Shown here one piece after another: positions 39,217-49,211 of a stretch of 64,000 nucleotides of DNA (positions within the stretch are counted from its first letter, which is position 1; the number at the start of each line of letters is the position of its first letter). The notes under the pieces were generated by a model. The model did no database searches and was not told the DNA's origin. It was given only the letters and a program-made list of their open reading frames with translations. Source of the stretch: Bulleidia sp. (GTDB lineage: Bacteria > Bacillota > Clostridia > Oscillospirales > Ruminococcaceae); contig CAVKDR010000006.1 of assembly GCA_963655125.1 (NCBI GenBank), forward strand, positions 85,521-149,520. The letters run 5' to 3'. Position numbers and translations under genes: made by a program.

Positions 39217-41319
39217 ATGAAACGCAAACTTGCCATTTTTGGCCTTTGCTTTGCAGGGGCCGAGCTGTTTGCGGCAAATATGCCGCCGCTGGTCCTGGTG
39301 CCTGCGGCGGCACTTTTGCTATTGCTGTTGTTTATAAGCGCGGCTCGCCGCAGCCGGGTCCTGCCGCTGGTGCTGGGCGCAGTGGTGGGGCTTTGCTGGT
39401 TTTGCGGGTTCAGCTTTGTGGCGTTCCGCCCGGTGCGGGTGCTGGCGGGGCAGACAGCCTCCTGCACCGTTACGGTGGAAACCGACGCTGCAGCCGCCTA
39501 CCAAAACGGCCAGCTGCGGGGCACTTTAACGGTAACGAGCCTTAACGGCAAAGCCTGCCATTTTAAAATGCGCAGCAATGGCTTCCCGGCCCAGGAGCCG
39601 GGGGAGACCTTTACTGCCGATTTTGCCCTGACCGACCTGCCCAAGGATGCCTACCGGGCCTCCCGCCTAAGCCGTGGCATCCTGCTGCAGGGCGAGTACA
39701 CCGGCGGCTACAAAACGGGCACCGACAGCCGCGCCCCGCGCTTTGCACTCTACCGCCTGCGGCAGAACGCATCGGCCCTGCTGCGCCGCTGGCTGCCACG
39801 GGACCTGGGAGGACTGGAAGCCGCCATGCTGCTGGGGGATAGAACCGCTCTGCCGGACACCGTGCAGGACACTTTCCGCGCGGCGGGCATCTCGCACCTG
39901 CTGGCCGTGTCGGGCCTGCATCTGGCGCTGCTGTGTGGGCTGTTTTCGTTCGGGCATCGCCGCCGGTTTTACCGGCCGCTGATCCTCCTGCGTGCTGTGG
40001 CGGCGGTATTTTACATGCTGCTCACCGGCCTGCCAATCTCCGTCTTGCGGGCGGGCATCGTCTTTTTGCTGGTGCTGCTGGGGGACTGGTTCTACCAGCC
40101 CATCGATCTACTCACCCTCACGGGCGCAGCGGCCGTTCTGCTGGGTCTGCAGAATCCTTACGCACCCTGCGATATCGGCTTTCAGCTTTCGTTCTGCGCG
40201 GTGCTGGGTGTGCAGGCATCTGTGGCGCTCACCCATTGGGAGGAAACGCACATCCCCGGCCAGGACCCCGAGGGCTGGCCGGCCCAGCTGCGCCGCGCTG
40301 GGTTGACACTGCTTTCTACCATCCAAACGGCAGCTTTGGCCGCGCTGGCAACGCTGCCGGTGCTGGTCGCCCAAGGGCTGACTACCAGCGGCGTGGGTGT
40401 TCTCGCCAACCTGCTTACAGTCTGGATGCTCCAGCCCGCGCTGGTGCTGGGCCTTGCCGTGTTGGCGCTGCAAATTTTGGCTGTCCCGTTGGGCATCCTT
40501 GCGCCGCTGGCCCACATGACCAGTTTTCTGCTGGCGGTCTGGCTGCGGATCTTCTATGCGCTGGCCTCCTGGTGCGCCGTTCTGCCGCTGGCCCGGCTGT
40601 ACCTCCCACGGGAGTACACGCTGTTGGTGCTGGCCTTGCTGGGCGTATTGGCGCTGGTGTATTACGCGGCGGGTAAATTCCGCTGGTTTCTGCCCGCCGG
40701 TGCGGTCTGCGCTGTGGCGGCTATTGTGCTGGGTGTGCAGATGCAAAAGGGCATCGTCACGATGGCCTTGGTCGGCACCGCAGGCAACCCGGCAGTGGTC
40801 TGCGTACAGGACGGCCAAGCGGTGGTGCTGTTCCGGGGCGGGGAGTCCAACCTGCGGGCCGTGCGCAGCTACCTGGCGGACCACGGTGCCGCTGAACAAG
40901 TGCTGACTGTTGATCTGCGCCGCAGCGGCTCGGAAATCACTTTTGACACCGAGGATGTCAGCACCGCCCAAACGATGGATGCCTACACGATCCAGCCTAT
41001 TTTAAACGGCCTGACGCTGGAACTCTACCACACCTCCGGCGGCAATCTGGCTGTGATAGGGGATGGCCGCAGCCATATCGCCGTCATGGCAGGCAATGCG
41101 GGCCTGTCCGCGCCGGTGGCAGTGGATATCCTCTGCGCGGCGGGGGCGCTGTCGGATTCGGTGCAGCCTGCCGCCATTCTCACCACCGCATCTTCGCCCC
41201 GCTGGCTTGACCGGGCGGGCACCGAGCGGGTATACTATGGGCAGGACATTCCCTTTATCCAATTGCGGCCCGGCCGCTCGCTCCAGATCAAGGAGGCAGA
41301 ACAGGTTGCTATACAGTGA
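39217..41319 (+). CDS. comEC: Competence protein ComEC/Rec2 (DNA internalisation channel), with a degenerate C-terminal domain
   Basis: Competence domain AAGISHLLAVSGLHL plus multiple TM segments. No HxHxDH metallo-beta-lactamase motif is detectable in the C-terminal roughly 200 aa. Confidence 0.75.
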   Translation: MKRKLAIFGLCFAGAELFAANMPPLVLVPAAALLLLLLFISAARRSRVLPLVLGAVVGLCWFCGFSFVAFRPVRVLAGQTASCTVTVETDAAAAYQNGQLRGTLTVTSLNGKACHFKMRSNGFPAQEPGETFTADFALTDLPKDAYRASRLSRGILLQGEYTGGYKTGTDSRAPRFALYRLRQNASALLRRWLPRDLGGLEAAMLLGDRTALPDTVQDTFRAAGISHLLAVSGLHLALLCGLFSFGHRRRFYRPLILLRAVAAVFYMLLTGLPISVLRAGIVFLLVLLGDWFYQPIDLLTLTGAAAVLLGLQNPYAPCDIGFQLSFCAVLGVQASVALTHWEETHIPGQDPEGWPAQLRRAGLTLLSTIQTAALAALATLPVLVAQGLTTSGVGVLANLLTVWMLQPALVLGLAVLALQILAVPLGILAPLAHMTSFLLAVWLRIFYALASWCAVLPLARLYLPREYTLLVLALLGVLALVYYAAGKFRWFLPAGAVCAVAAIVLGVQMQKGIVTMALVGTAGNPAVVCVQDGQAVVLFRGGESNLRAVRSYLADHGAAEQVLTVDLRRSGSEITFDTEDVSTAQTMDAYTIQPILNGLTLELYHTSGGNLAVIGDGRSHIAVMAGNAGLSAPVAVDILCAAGALSDSVQPAAILTTASSPRWLDRAGTERVYYGQDIPFIQLRPGRSLQIKEAEQVAIQ

Positions 41320-42334
41320 AAACGAACTGAATAAACGGCTCCGCTCCGGCTGCGGGCTGTACTACTTTTATGCTGCCGATGAGGCTCTCGTCCACACCGC
41401 CGCCCAAAAGGCGCTGAAAGTGCTGAACGAGGATGACCCCGAGACTACCGTGCTGGACGGCCCTACGCCCCGGGTGGAGGAGATCGTGCTGGCGGCGGGC
41501 ACCATCTCGTTTTTCGGCGGGCGGCGGCTCGTGCTCATGCCCCTCATCCGCCCATCCACCTACTCGGACAAAGACCTGCAAGACCTCTGTGATACGCTGG
41601 CCGACACCGAGAACGCGATTTTCGTGATGACCAGCGTCATCGAGGAAAAGTTCGGCAAGCTGCGCCCCGGCAAGCGGGAGCAAAAGCTGATAACGGCCTG
41701 TGAGAAGCTAGGCTACTGTGTGCAGCTGAACAAACCCGGCCGCGCCGCCTTGCAGGAAATGGCCCGCACCTGGGCGAACGAGTGCGGTGCCCAGTTTGCC
41801 AAGGGGGCCGAAGCCGCCCTGCTGGACCGCTGCGGCGAGGATCAGTTCCTCTTAAAAAATGAGATCGACAAGCTGGCGGCCCTCTCCGGCTACGGTACCA
41901 TCACCGCCGGGATGGTGGCCCAGCTGGGCACCGTCACGCTGGATGCTGACACCTTTGATATGGTCAAGCTGGTGGCCGCAGGCCGCACCGACCAGGCCCA
42001 GCAAAAGCTGAAAACCCTGCTGGCCCTGCAAAACGAGCCGATCATGATCACCGGTGCCCTCATCGGCAATTACATCGATATGTACCGAGTCTTGCAGGCC
42101 AAGCGCAGCCGACGCAGCCTGGCCGATGTGGCTAAGGACTTTGGCTACGGCGGCAAGTGGAGCTACCGCCTGGGCGAGACCGAGCGCACGGCCTCCCGCT
42201 TTAAGCGCCACCAGCTGGAAAAATGCCTGGAAGTGCTGCAAAAGCTGGACACCGATTTAAAAAGCAGCAAGTTGGATGCCGACCTGCTGATGCAGAAAGC
42301 CCTGTGCGAACTGGCACTGGCCGGGAGGTCCTGA
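41306..42334 (+). CDS. holA: DNA polymerase III delta subunit
   Basis: Typical comEC-holA order. TTG 41306 lies 8 nt after AGGAGG. The track's earlier start overlaps comEC and is unsupported. Confidence 0.7.
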   Translation: MLYSENELNKRLRSGCGLYYFYAADEALVHTAAQKALKVLNEDDPETTVLDGPTPRVEEIVLAAGTISFFGGRRLVLMPLIRPSTYSDKDLQDLCDTLADTENAIFVMTSVIEEKFGKLRPGKREQKLITACEKLGYCVQLNKPGRAALQEMARTWANECGAQFAKGAEAALLDRCGEDQFLLKNEIDKLAALSGYGTITAGMVAQLGTVTLDADTFDMVKLVAAGRTDQAQQKLKTLLALQNEPIMITGALIGNYIDMYRVLQAKRSRRSLADVAKDFGYGGKWSYRLGETERTASRFKRHQLEKCLEVLQKLDTDLKSSKLDADLLMQKALCELALAGRS

Positions 42335-42933
42335 TGCTGAAACTGAACCAAGCCGTCCTGGTGGAGGGCAAATACGATGCCGCGCGGCTGACAAATCTCG
42401 TTGATGCGATGATTTTGACGACCGATGGCTCCCGCGTATTCCGGGACAAAGAGCTGCAAAATATGCTCAAGCGCATTGCCGCCGCCCAGGGGCTGATTAT
42501 TTTAACGGATTCGGACGATGCGGGCTTCCGCATCCGCCATTTTGTCACAGGCTTAGTCGGGGCCGAGCATGTACTGCAAGCCTACGTCCCGGCGATCCCC
42601 GGCAAAGAGGCCCGTAAGCAAGCCCCCGGCAAAGAGGGGCTGCTGGGCGTGGAGGGCATCGCCGATGATCTGATTCTGCAGGGCCTGCAGACTGCACTGG
42701 ACAGCGCCCCCGCACCCCAAACCACCGCACAGGATGCCGACCGCACGGCCATTACCTACACCGACCTGTACGAGTGGGGCATCTCCGGCACACCCGACAG
42801 CGCTGACCGCCGCCGCGCCCTGCTGGCCCGCTTAGGCCTGCCCCCGCGCCTGAGCAAAAAGGAACTGCTGCAAGTCCTCAACACCCTCTACACCTGGGAA
42901 AGCCTGGACGCGCAAATTGAAATGATGGAATAA
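42334..42933 (+). CDS. Toprim-domain protein (RNase M5-like / DUF4093)
   Basis: VLVEGKYDAARL...IILTDSDDAGFRIR Toprim motifs as in RNase M5; ATG overlaps the holA stop (TGATG). Confidence 0.6.
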   Translation: MLKLNQAVLVEGKYDAARLTNLVDAMILTTDGSRVFRDKELQNMLKRIAAAQGLIILTDSDDAGFRIRHFVTGLVGAEHVLQAYVPAIPGKEARKQAPGKEGLLGVEGIADDLILQGLQTALDSAPAPQTTAQDADRTAITYTDLYEWGISGTPDSADRRRALLARLGLPPRLSKKELLQVLNTLYTWESLDAQIEMME

Positions 42934-42984
42934 AAACAAAAATCCGCCATGCCTGTGCATGACGGATTTTTTGTATGGATTTGC

Positions 42985-43893
42985 TTACTTCAACGTCCCA
43001 TCCTCGACCTGCTGGCAATACCACGGCTTCTCGGCGTGGAACACCCGCCCGGCCAGGTGGGCAAACCGCTCATCGGCAATTTTGGCGGGAAACTTCAATT
43101 CCCACGCGCACAACGCCTGGTATTTCAGCCGCAGTTCGCGGTTGGCGGCGTTGTTGCCGTACTTGCTGTCGCCCAAAATGGGGCAGCCGATGTGCGCCAG
43201 ATGGGCACGGATCTGGTGGGTACGGCCCGTGATCAGTTCCACTTCCAAAAGCGCCAGCCGCCCGCTGACGGCCAGTGTCTCGTAGCCGGTGATGACCTCT
43301 TTCGCGCCGCCCGCCGTGGTATCGGTAATGCGCACGATGCCGCGCTCGGCATCTTTCAGCAGATAATCCCGCAGCAGGGCCGCAGGGGGATTGGGGCGGC
43401 CAAAAGTCACGCAGAGATACCGCTTTTCGATCTCCCGCTTCTTGATGGCCCCGGTCAAAAATGCCTCGGCGGCGTTGTTCTTAGCCAGCAGCACCAGGCC
43501 GCTGGTGCCGGTGTCCAGCCGGTGGCACAGCACGGCATGGGTGGGCTTGCCCTCGGCGGCCAGCTTGGCCTGCACCCGCTTTACCAGCGTGTCGGCATCG
43601 CCGCCGTCCACCGTCAGCCCGGCGGGCTTGTTGGCAATGATGATATCGTCATTCTCGTACACAAACACAGCGGCCGGGGTGGGGCGGCTTTCCAGCTGGT
43701 CATCGCTCAAAAACAGGCGGATGGTATCGCCGTTCTGCACCCGGGTGGAAAGCGGCTGCTTTTTGCCGTTCAGTTTGATCTTGTTCTCCCGCAGGGCTTT
43801 GTTCAGCCGCCCCAGGCCCAGGGCGGGGTACTGGTCCATCAGGTACTTGTCCAGCCGCACAGGCAGCAGGCTTTTTACATGCAATTCTTTCAT
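42985..43893 (-). CDS. RluA-family pseudouridine synthase with N-terminal S4 domain
   Basis: Catalytic HRLD and GRTHQIRAHLAHIGCPILGDSKYG motifs; the start MKELHV is at 43893. Confidence 0.85.
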   Translation of the reverse strand: MKELHVKSLLPVRLDKYLMDQYPALGLGRLNKALRENKIKLNGKKQPLSTRVQNGDTIRLFLSDDQLESRPTPAAVFVYENDDIIIANKPAGLTVDGGDADTLVKRVQAKLAAEGKPTHAVLCHRLDTGTSGLVLLAKNNAAEAFLTGAIKKREIEKRYLCVTFGRPNPPAALLRDYLLKDAERGIVRITDTTAGGAKEVITGYETLAVSGRLALLEVELITGRTHQIRAHLAHIGCPILGDSKYGNNAANRELRLKYQALCAWELKFPAKIADERFAHLAGRVFHAEKPWYCQQVEDGTLK

Positions 43894-45839
43894 TGGGTCG
43901 TCAACTCCTGGTCCCACAAAATTGTGGCATCGTTTATATCCAAAGTGACCATCAGCCAACCGGCATCGTGGTCATCGAGTTCCGTAATGCGGTAGCTTTG
44001 GCCGTCCGCACAAAGATACTGCGCGTTTTCCAATTTCCGTCGCGCAAACGGCGAATCCTTAAAGCAGACGGTCTTGCGGCTGGAATCCAGCACACCGCGG
44101 TTCCACAAAGCATCCGTGTAATCCGCCAGCCGCAGGGGATAGCTGTCATCATAGGGTGTACACAGCGCATCAAACGTCTGCCCCTGCAAGCCGGGGGCCA
44201 TCACATACCAGCTGCAGCTGCCGTCTTGGCTTGTCACCCGGCCGCACCAGGCGGCATTCTGCACCGGCTCCACGGCCTGCAAAAAGTCGCCCTCGTCCTC
44301 AAACAAATACAGCGCGTTTGGCTCTACCTGCCCCTCGGCCAGCGCCGCCAGCAGGTCGGCCCGCTGGGCTGCCAAGGCAGCTTCATCGTATCGCGCGGCA
44401 AAGGGGTCGTTGGTGGTCATGCCGTTGTCGGCGGCAAACAGTGCCAGGTGCAAAGCATCGTCCTGCAAGCCCTGCACGGAATAAATCTTCTCATACCCGG
44501 CAGCGGCCTGCCAGAAATCACTTTCCAGCGCGGTAGGAAAGGCCTCCGTCTGCTGCGCCTGTACCATGGCATCGTGCCGCTGCACCAGCGCCGGGCTGAT
44601 ATCCACCAGCTGCACCACCACGGCCGCCGTGACCCACACGGCCCCGCGGGGCAGCTTCGCCAGCCCGGCAAAGGCCGCCAGCACCAGCACGTAGTATACC
44701 GGCCAGAACAACCGCCCGCCGGAGCGGAAAACCGAGAACAATTTGATAAGCGAAGCTGGCAGCGGCAGCGTGACCAGTGTCACGCCGTTGGCGGTAACCA
44801 CATGGCTCACCGCAAACGCCGTCAGCACCGCAAACACAACGCACAGCGCCCAGTGCCGCCGCAGCAGGGCGGCCAGCCGCTTCCGCGCCGCAGCCACGGC
44901 GATGGGCAGGGCAATCAGCACCCCCAACCCCGGGTAGGCGAACGCATCATAATTGCCACCCACCTGATTCTGCGCGGGCAAAAATTGGCTGTAGAGTACG
45001 CCGTTCACCCCGGCGGGGTTCCACAACGCGTTCAGGTTCATCGAAAAATAACCGTACAACGCCTGTCCGCCGCTGGTGGCCGTGCCGTACAACAGCCCCA
45101 GCGCCCAGCCCAGCACCGCCGTGCAGGCTAAATCACAGCCCAAAAACACCGCAGGCCCGGCCCAGCGCTTTTGTGTGACCGCATATTCCAGCAGCAACGC
45201 CAGCGTGACCGCGTAGGTCATGGGCAGAAAATACGGGTGGATGCCCACGGCCAGCACATTGATGGCAAACAGCAGGGGATAGTTAAAACGTCCCTGCCGC
45301 CGCCCGCAAAAATAGCAGTACAGCGCCGCCAGCACCAGCCACTGCGCCCCCAGCGAGGTATGCCGGAATGCCCGCTCGATCAGAATCGGGCTGGCGCTGA
45401 ACAGCAGACTCCCCGCCGCACAGGCAGGCATGCTCTCGCAGAACAGTCCGCACAGCAGCGCACCGAACCCGCCCTGCAAGGCAAAGCAGGTAAGCGTAAA
45501 CCAGCCAAAATACTGGAACGTCCCGCCGACCAGATTCGCCACCGGCCGCAGCAGCGCCGCCAGCAGGGGGATGGAATCGGTGTACGCCACACTCACGCCC
45601 GCAGGTGCGTTGACGGCTTTCGTCACGCAAAAGGGGAATCCCAGCGCGTTTTCGCGGTAGAACAGCCACCCGGCGTAGTGCTGTTGGATGTCCTTTTCAA
45701 TGTAGCCGCCGCGGCAGAACGCATCGTTCGCTACATCCAGCGGCGAAATGCCGTACACGGCCAGAAACACCAGCACACCCAGCGCCGCGCCCAAGGCAAA
45801 CAGTACCGCTGTGCGCCGCCTTTTGGCAAGATCCGCCAA
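43890..45839 (-). CDS. Large polytopic membrane protein with a C-terminal extracytoplasmic domain (glycosyltransferase-like / YfhO-like?)
   Basis: About 12 predicted TM helices followed by a roughly 250 aa soluble domain. ATGA overlap with the downstream gene. No confident family assignment. Confidence 0.45.
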   Translation of the reverse strand: MADLAKRRRTAVLFALGAALGVLVFLAVYGISPLDVANDAFCRGGYIEKDIQQHYAGWLFYRENALGFPFCVTKAVNAPAGVSVAYTDSIPLLAALLRPVANLVGGTFQYFGWFTLTCFALQGGFGALLCGLFCESMPACAAGSLLFSASPILIERAFRHTSLGAQWLVLAALYCYFCGRRQGRFNYPLLFAINVLAVGIHPYFLPMTYAVTLALLLEYAVTQKRWAGPAVFLGCDLACTAVLGWALGLLYGTATSGGQALYGYFSMNLNALWNPAGVNGVLYSQFLPAQNQVGGNYDAFAYPGLGVLIALPIAVAAARKRLAALLRRHWALCVVFAVLTAFAVSHVVTANGVTLVTLPLPASLIKLFSVFRSGGRLFWPVYYVLVLAAFAGLAKLPRGAVWVTAAVVVQLVDISPALVQRHDAMVQAQQTEAFPTALESDFWQAAAGYEKIYSVQGLQDDALHLALFAADNGMTTNDPFAARYDEAALAAQRADLLAALAEGQVEPNALYLFEDEGDFLQAVEPVQNAAWCGRVTSQDGSCSWYVMAPGLQGQTFDALCTPYDDSYPLRLADYTDALWNRGVLDSSRKTVCFKDSPFARRKLENAQYLCADGQSYRITELDDHDAGWLMVTLDINDATILWDQELTTQ

Positions 45840-45910
45840 AACAAGGCCCCCTTTCCTTTATAATAGAGAAACTACAGGCAAGTATACCACAAAATCCGCT
45901 GCGGGACAAC

Positions 45911-45943
45911 AAAAAAGCCTGCCGAGGATCGTCCCGGCAGGCG
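45911..45943 (-). terminator. Terminator after xpt (minus strand)
   Basis: Reverse complement gives cgcctgccgggacgatcctcggcaggc stem plus TTTTTT. Confidence 0.7.
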
Positions 45944-45953
45944 AAAATCTATT

Positions 45954-46529
45954 TTACTGCTCGCGGAAAGTCAGGTGGTCATCGCTCATCTCGTTGACGA
46001 TGGCCAGGCTTGCCAGCTTGTAACCGGCAGCGCGCAGCTCGGCACCGCCCGGCTGGAAGCCCTTCTCGATGCAGATGCCGATACCGGCCACCGAGCAGCC
46101 CGCCTGGTTGCAGACATCCAGCAGGCCTTTCATGGCCTTGCCGTTTGCCAAAAAGTCGTCCAGGATCAGCACACGGTCGCCGGAGTTCAGGAACTTTTTA
46201 GCCAGGGTGATATCATACTCGCGGCCATAGGTAAAGGACTGTACCTTGGAGGTATAGACCTCGCCATCAATATTTTTGCTCTTGGCCTTTTTGGCGAACA
46301 CCACCGGCACATTGAAATACCGGGCGGTCATGCAGGCGATGGCAATGCCGGAAGCCTCGATGGTCAGGATCTTGTTCACACCGTCATTTTTAAAAATGCG
46401 GTAGAATTCCTCGCCGATCTTGTCCAGCAGGTCCACGTCCAGCTGGTGGTTCAAAAAGCAGTCGACCTTCAGTACGTTGCCGGGACGGACCTGCCCATCC
46501 TGCAAAATGCGATCTTCCAAAAGTTTCAT
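45954..46529 (-). CDS. xpt: Xanthine phosphoribosyltransferase
   Basis: MKLLEDRILQDG...VLILDDFLANGKA, a family signature across the full length. Confidence 0.85.
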   Translation of the reverse strand: MKLLEDRILQDGQVRPGNVLKVDCFLNHQLDVDLLDKIGEEFYRIFKNDGVNKILTIEASGIAIACMTARYFNVPVVFAKKAKSKNIDGEVYTSKVQSFTYGREYDITLAKKFLNSGDRVLILDDFLANGKAMKGLLDVCNQAGCSVAGIGICIEKGFQPGGAELRAAGYKLASLAIVNEMSDDHLTFREQ

Positions 46530-46860
46530 CTGCGAATGTGCCCCTTTCACAGTTCGTTTTTGTGGTAAAGTGTAATACTCTTTCCATTATGGCAAATTTC
46601 GGCGCAGTTTGCAAGAACTTTACAAAAAAATACTTGAACTTTTTGCGGTATTGGCGTTTTGATAACTTTTTGTAACTAAATTTTGTGTAAAAACTACATA
46701 AAACCTAAAAAATTGATTGTCAACTCTGTAAAATCGGGCCATTGCACTTTAGGGGATAAAAGTCTATAATGGCTAGTATATTCCAGCATCCTATCCGGGG
46801 TTGTGCGACCCCGGCGGTGAAATGCCGGTGCTGCGAAAATTTCTTGGGAGGGAAATCACA

Positions 46861-48084
46861 ATGAAAAAACTCGTTAGTTCTGTTCTGGCAGCTTCCATGG
46901 TGCTGAGCCTGGCTGCCTGCGGTTCCTCTGCTTCTTCTGCTGCAGAGAGCACCGCTGCATCCTCTGATGCAACTTCCACCGCCGCCACTGCTGAGACAGG
47001 CGAGGGTTCCGGCGCTTACACCGGCACCCCCATCAAGATCGGCGGCATCGGCCCCATCACCGGCGCTGCTGCTGTGTATGGCCAGGCTGTTAAGAACGCT
47101 GAGGAGCTGGCCGTCAAGGAGATCAACGCCGCCAACGGCAGCGATGTCTTTGAGTGGAAGTTCGAGGATGATGAGCATGACGCTGAGAAGAGCGTGAACG
47201 CTTACAACACCCTGAAGGACTGGGGCCTGCAGGTCCTGGCTGGCCCTGTCACCACCACACCGTCCTTGGCCGTTGCTGCTGAGACTGCCAATGACAACAT
47301 GTTCATGCTGACCCCGTCTGCCTCTGCTGTTGACGTCATCAACACTGGCGACAACGTCTTCCAGATTTGCTTCACCGACCCCAACCAGGGCGTTGCTTCT
47401 GCTGACTACATCGCAGACAACCAGCTGGCTACCAAGGTCGGCATCATCTACGATTCTTCCGATGCTTACAGCCGTGGCATTCATGACAAGTTCCAGGCTG
47501 AGGCCGCTGACAAGGGCCTGGAGATTGTTGCCGATGAGGCTTTCACCTCTGACAACAAATCTGACCTGTCCACCCAGGTTGCCAAGTGCCAGGAGGCTGG
47601 CGCTGATCTGGTCTTCCTGCCCATCTACTATCAGGAGGCTTCTCAGATCCTGATCGTTGCCAACAAGACCGGCTATGAGCCCACCTTCTTCGGCTGCGAT
47701 GGCATGGACGGCATCCTGGCCATCGAGGGCTTCGACACCTCTCTGGCTGAGGGCCTGATGCTCCTGACTCCTTTCGCTGCTGATGCCCAGGACGAAAAGA
47801 CCCAGGCTTTCGTCAGCGCTTATGTGGAAGCTTACGGCGACACCCCGAACCAGTTCGCTGCAGATGCTTACGATGTCATCTACTCCATCTACGAGGCTGT
47901 TCTCGCCGGTAACATCAACGGCGATATGGACACCAGCGAGATCTGTGAAGCTCTGAAGACCCAGTTCACTTCCATGTCTTTCAATGGCTTGACCGGTGAG
48001 GGCATGACCTGGGACGCTTCCGGTGCTGTTTCCAAGGCTCCTAAGGCTGTTGTCATCAAAGACGGCGCTTACGCTGCCATGTAA
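46861..48084 (+). CDS. livJ: Branched-chain amino acid ABC transporter substrate-binding lipoprotein
   Basis: Lipoprotein signal with LAAC lipobox, LivJ/K-type periplasmic binding fold; RBS GGGAGGG. Confidence 0.8.
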   Translation: MKKLVSSVLAASMVLSLAACGSSASSAAESTAASSDATSTAATAETGEGSGAYTGTPIKIGGIGPITGAAAVYGQAVKNAEELAVKEINAANGSDVFEWKFEDDEHDAEKSVNAYNTLKDWGLQVLAGPVTTTPSLAVAAETANDNMFMLTPSASAVDVINTGDNVFQICFTDPNQGVASADYIADNQLATKVGIIYDSSDAYSRGIHDKFQAEAADKGLEIVADEAFTSDNKSDLSTQVAKCQEAGADLVFLPIYYQEASQILIVANKTGYEPTFFGCDGMDGILAIEGFDTSLAEGLMLLTPFAADAQDEKTQAFVSAYVEAYGDTPNQFAADAYDVIYSIYEAVLAGNINGDMDTSEICEALKTQFTSMSFNGLTGEGMTWDASGAVSKAPKAVVIKDGAYAAM

Positions 48085-48112
48085 TCTCTCTTAGGTAGAT
48101 TCCGTTGCCAAT

Positions 48113-48152
48113 GGGGGCTGCCGGACAGTATGTTCCGGCAGCCCCTTTTTTC
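48113..48152 (+). terminator. Terminator/attenuator after livJ
   Basis: gggggctgccgga-N8-tccggcagcccc followed by TTTTTTC. Confidence 0.75.
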
Positions 48153-48325
48153 TTATGGCTTGCGTGTATCGTTGCAAAAAACAGCAGTTTTTCGCACAAA
48201 TACATGCAAAACCCATTGTTTTGCCGTTTTGTTTGTGGTACTATGGTTTTATGTTCCCCAAACGGCCAGCTGCGGCAAACCCATTGGCAGGGGACAAAGC
48301 GGCAAAATAGAGTGAGGTGTACGCA

Positions 48326-49210
48326 ATGCAATTCTTTTCTTACCTGATCAACGGTATCAGTCTGGGCAGCGTTTACGCGCTGATCGCCCTGGGCTACACC
48401 ATGGTCTACGGCATTGCCAAGATGTTGAACTTCGCCCACGGCGATGTCATCATGATCGGCAGTTATGTCGTGTATTTCGCATTTGGCGTATCGGGGCTTA
48501 ACCCGGTGCTGTCCATCGTCCTGTCCATGATCGTCTGCACGATTTTGGGCGTGGTGATCGAGCGGCTGGCTTACCGCCCGCTGCGTGAGGCCCCGTCCCT
48601 GGCAGTTTTGATCACCGCTATCGGTGTCAGCTACCTGCTGCAGCAGGTGGCCCAGCTGTCCTGGTCCTCCAACCCCAAGAGCTTTACGTCTGTCGTTTCC
48701 GGCATGAAGCCTGTCTCGCTGTTCGGCGGCCAGCTGACCATCTCGGCAGAGACCATCGTCACCATCGCGGCCTGTGTGGTCATCATGGTGGTGCTGATGT
48801 GGTTTGTCAACTACACGCCCGCCGGCCACGCCATGCTGGCTGTGTCGGAGGACCGCGGCGCTGCCCAGCTGATGGGTGTCAACGTCAACGGCACCATTTC
48901 GCTGACTTTCGCCATCGGCTCCGCACTGGCGGCTATCGCTGGTGCGTTGCTCTGCTCCTCTTACCCCACGCTGCAGCCCACCACCGGCGCTATGCCCGGC
49001 ATCAAGGCTTTCGTGGCGGCTGTTTTCGGCGGTATCGGCTCGATCCCCGGCGCATTTGTCGGCGGCATCCTGCTGGGCATCATCGAGAACCTCAGCAAAG
49101 CTTACATTTCTACCCAGCTGTCTGATGCCATTGTCTTTTTGGTGTTGGTCGTTGTGCTGATCGTCAAGCCGACCGGCCTGCTGGGCAAGAAAGTCAACGT
49201 GAAAGTGTGA
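48326..49210 (+). CDS. livH: Branched-chain amino acid ABC transporter permease
   Basis: LivH family; ATG 48326 after GAGTGAGGTG. Confidence 0.85.
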   Translation: MQFFSYLINGISLGSVYALIALGYTMVYGIAKMLNFAHGDVIMIGSYVVYFAFGVSGLNPVLSIVLSMIVCTILGVVIERLAYRPLREAPSLAVLITAIGVSYLLQQVAQLSWSSNPKSFTSVVSGMKPVSLFGGQLTISAETIVTIAACVVIMVVLMWFVNYTPAGHAMLAVSEDRGAAQLMGVNVNGTISLTFAIGSALAAIAGALLCSSYPTLQPTTGAMPGIKAFVAAVFGGIGSIPGAFVGGILLGIIENLSKAYISTQLSDAIVFLVLVVVLIVKPTGLLGKKVNVKV

Positions 49211-49211
49211 G

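Noticed and set aside
43893-45131. 412 aa +-strand ORF, Arg/Gln/His-rich
   Set aside because: It is antisense to the 649 aa polytopic membrane protein gene. The biased composition and lack of an RBS indicate a spurious ORF.
46530-46720. Guanine riboswitch upstream of xpt
   Set aside because: Manual inspection of the minus-strand leader found none of the conserved purine-riboswitch core sequences. Only an AU-rich leader and a promoter are present.
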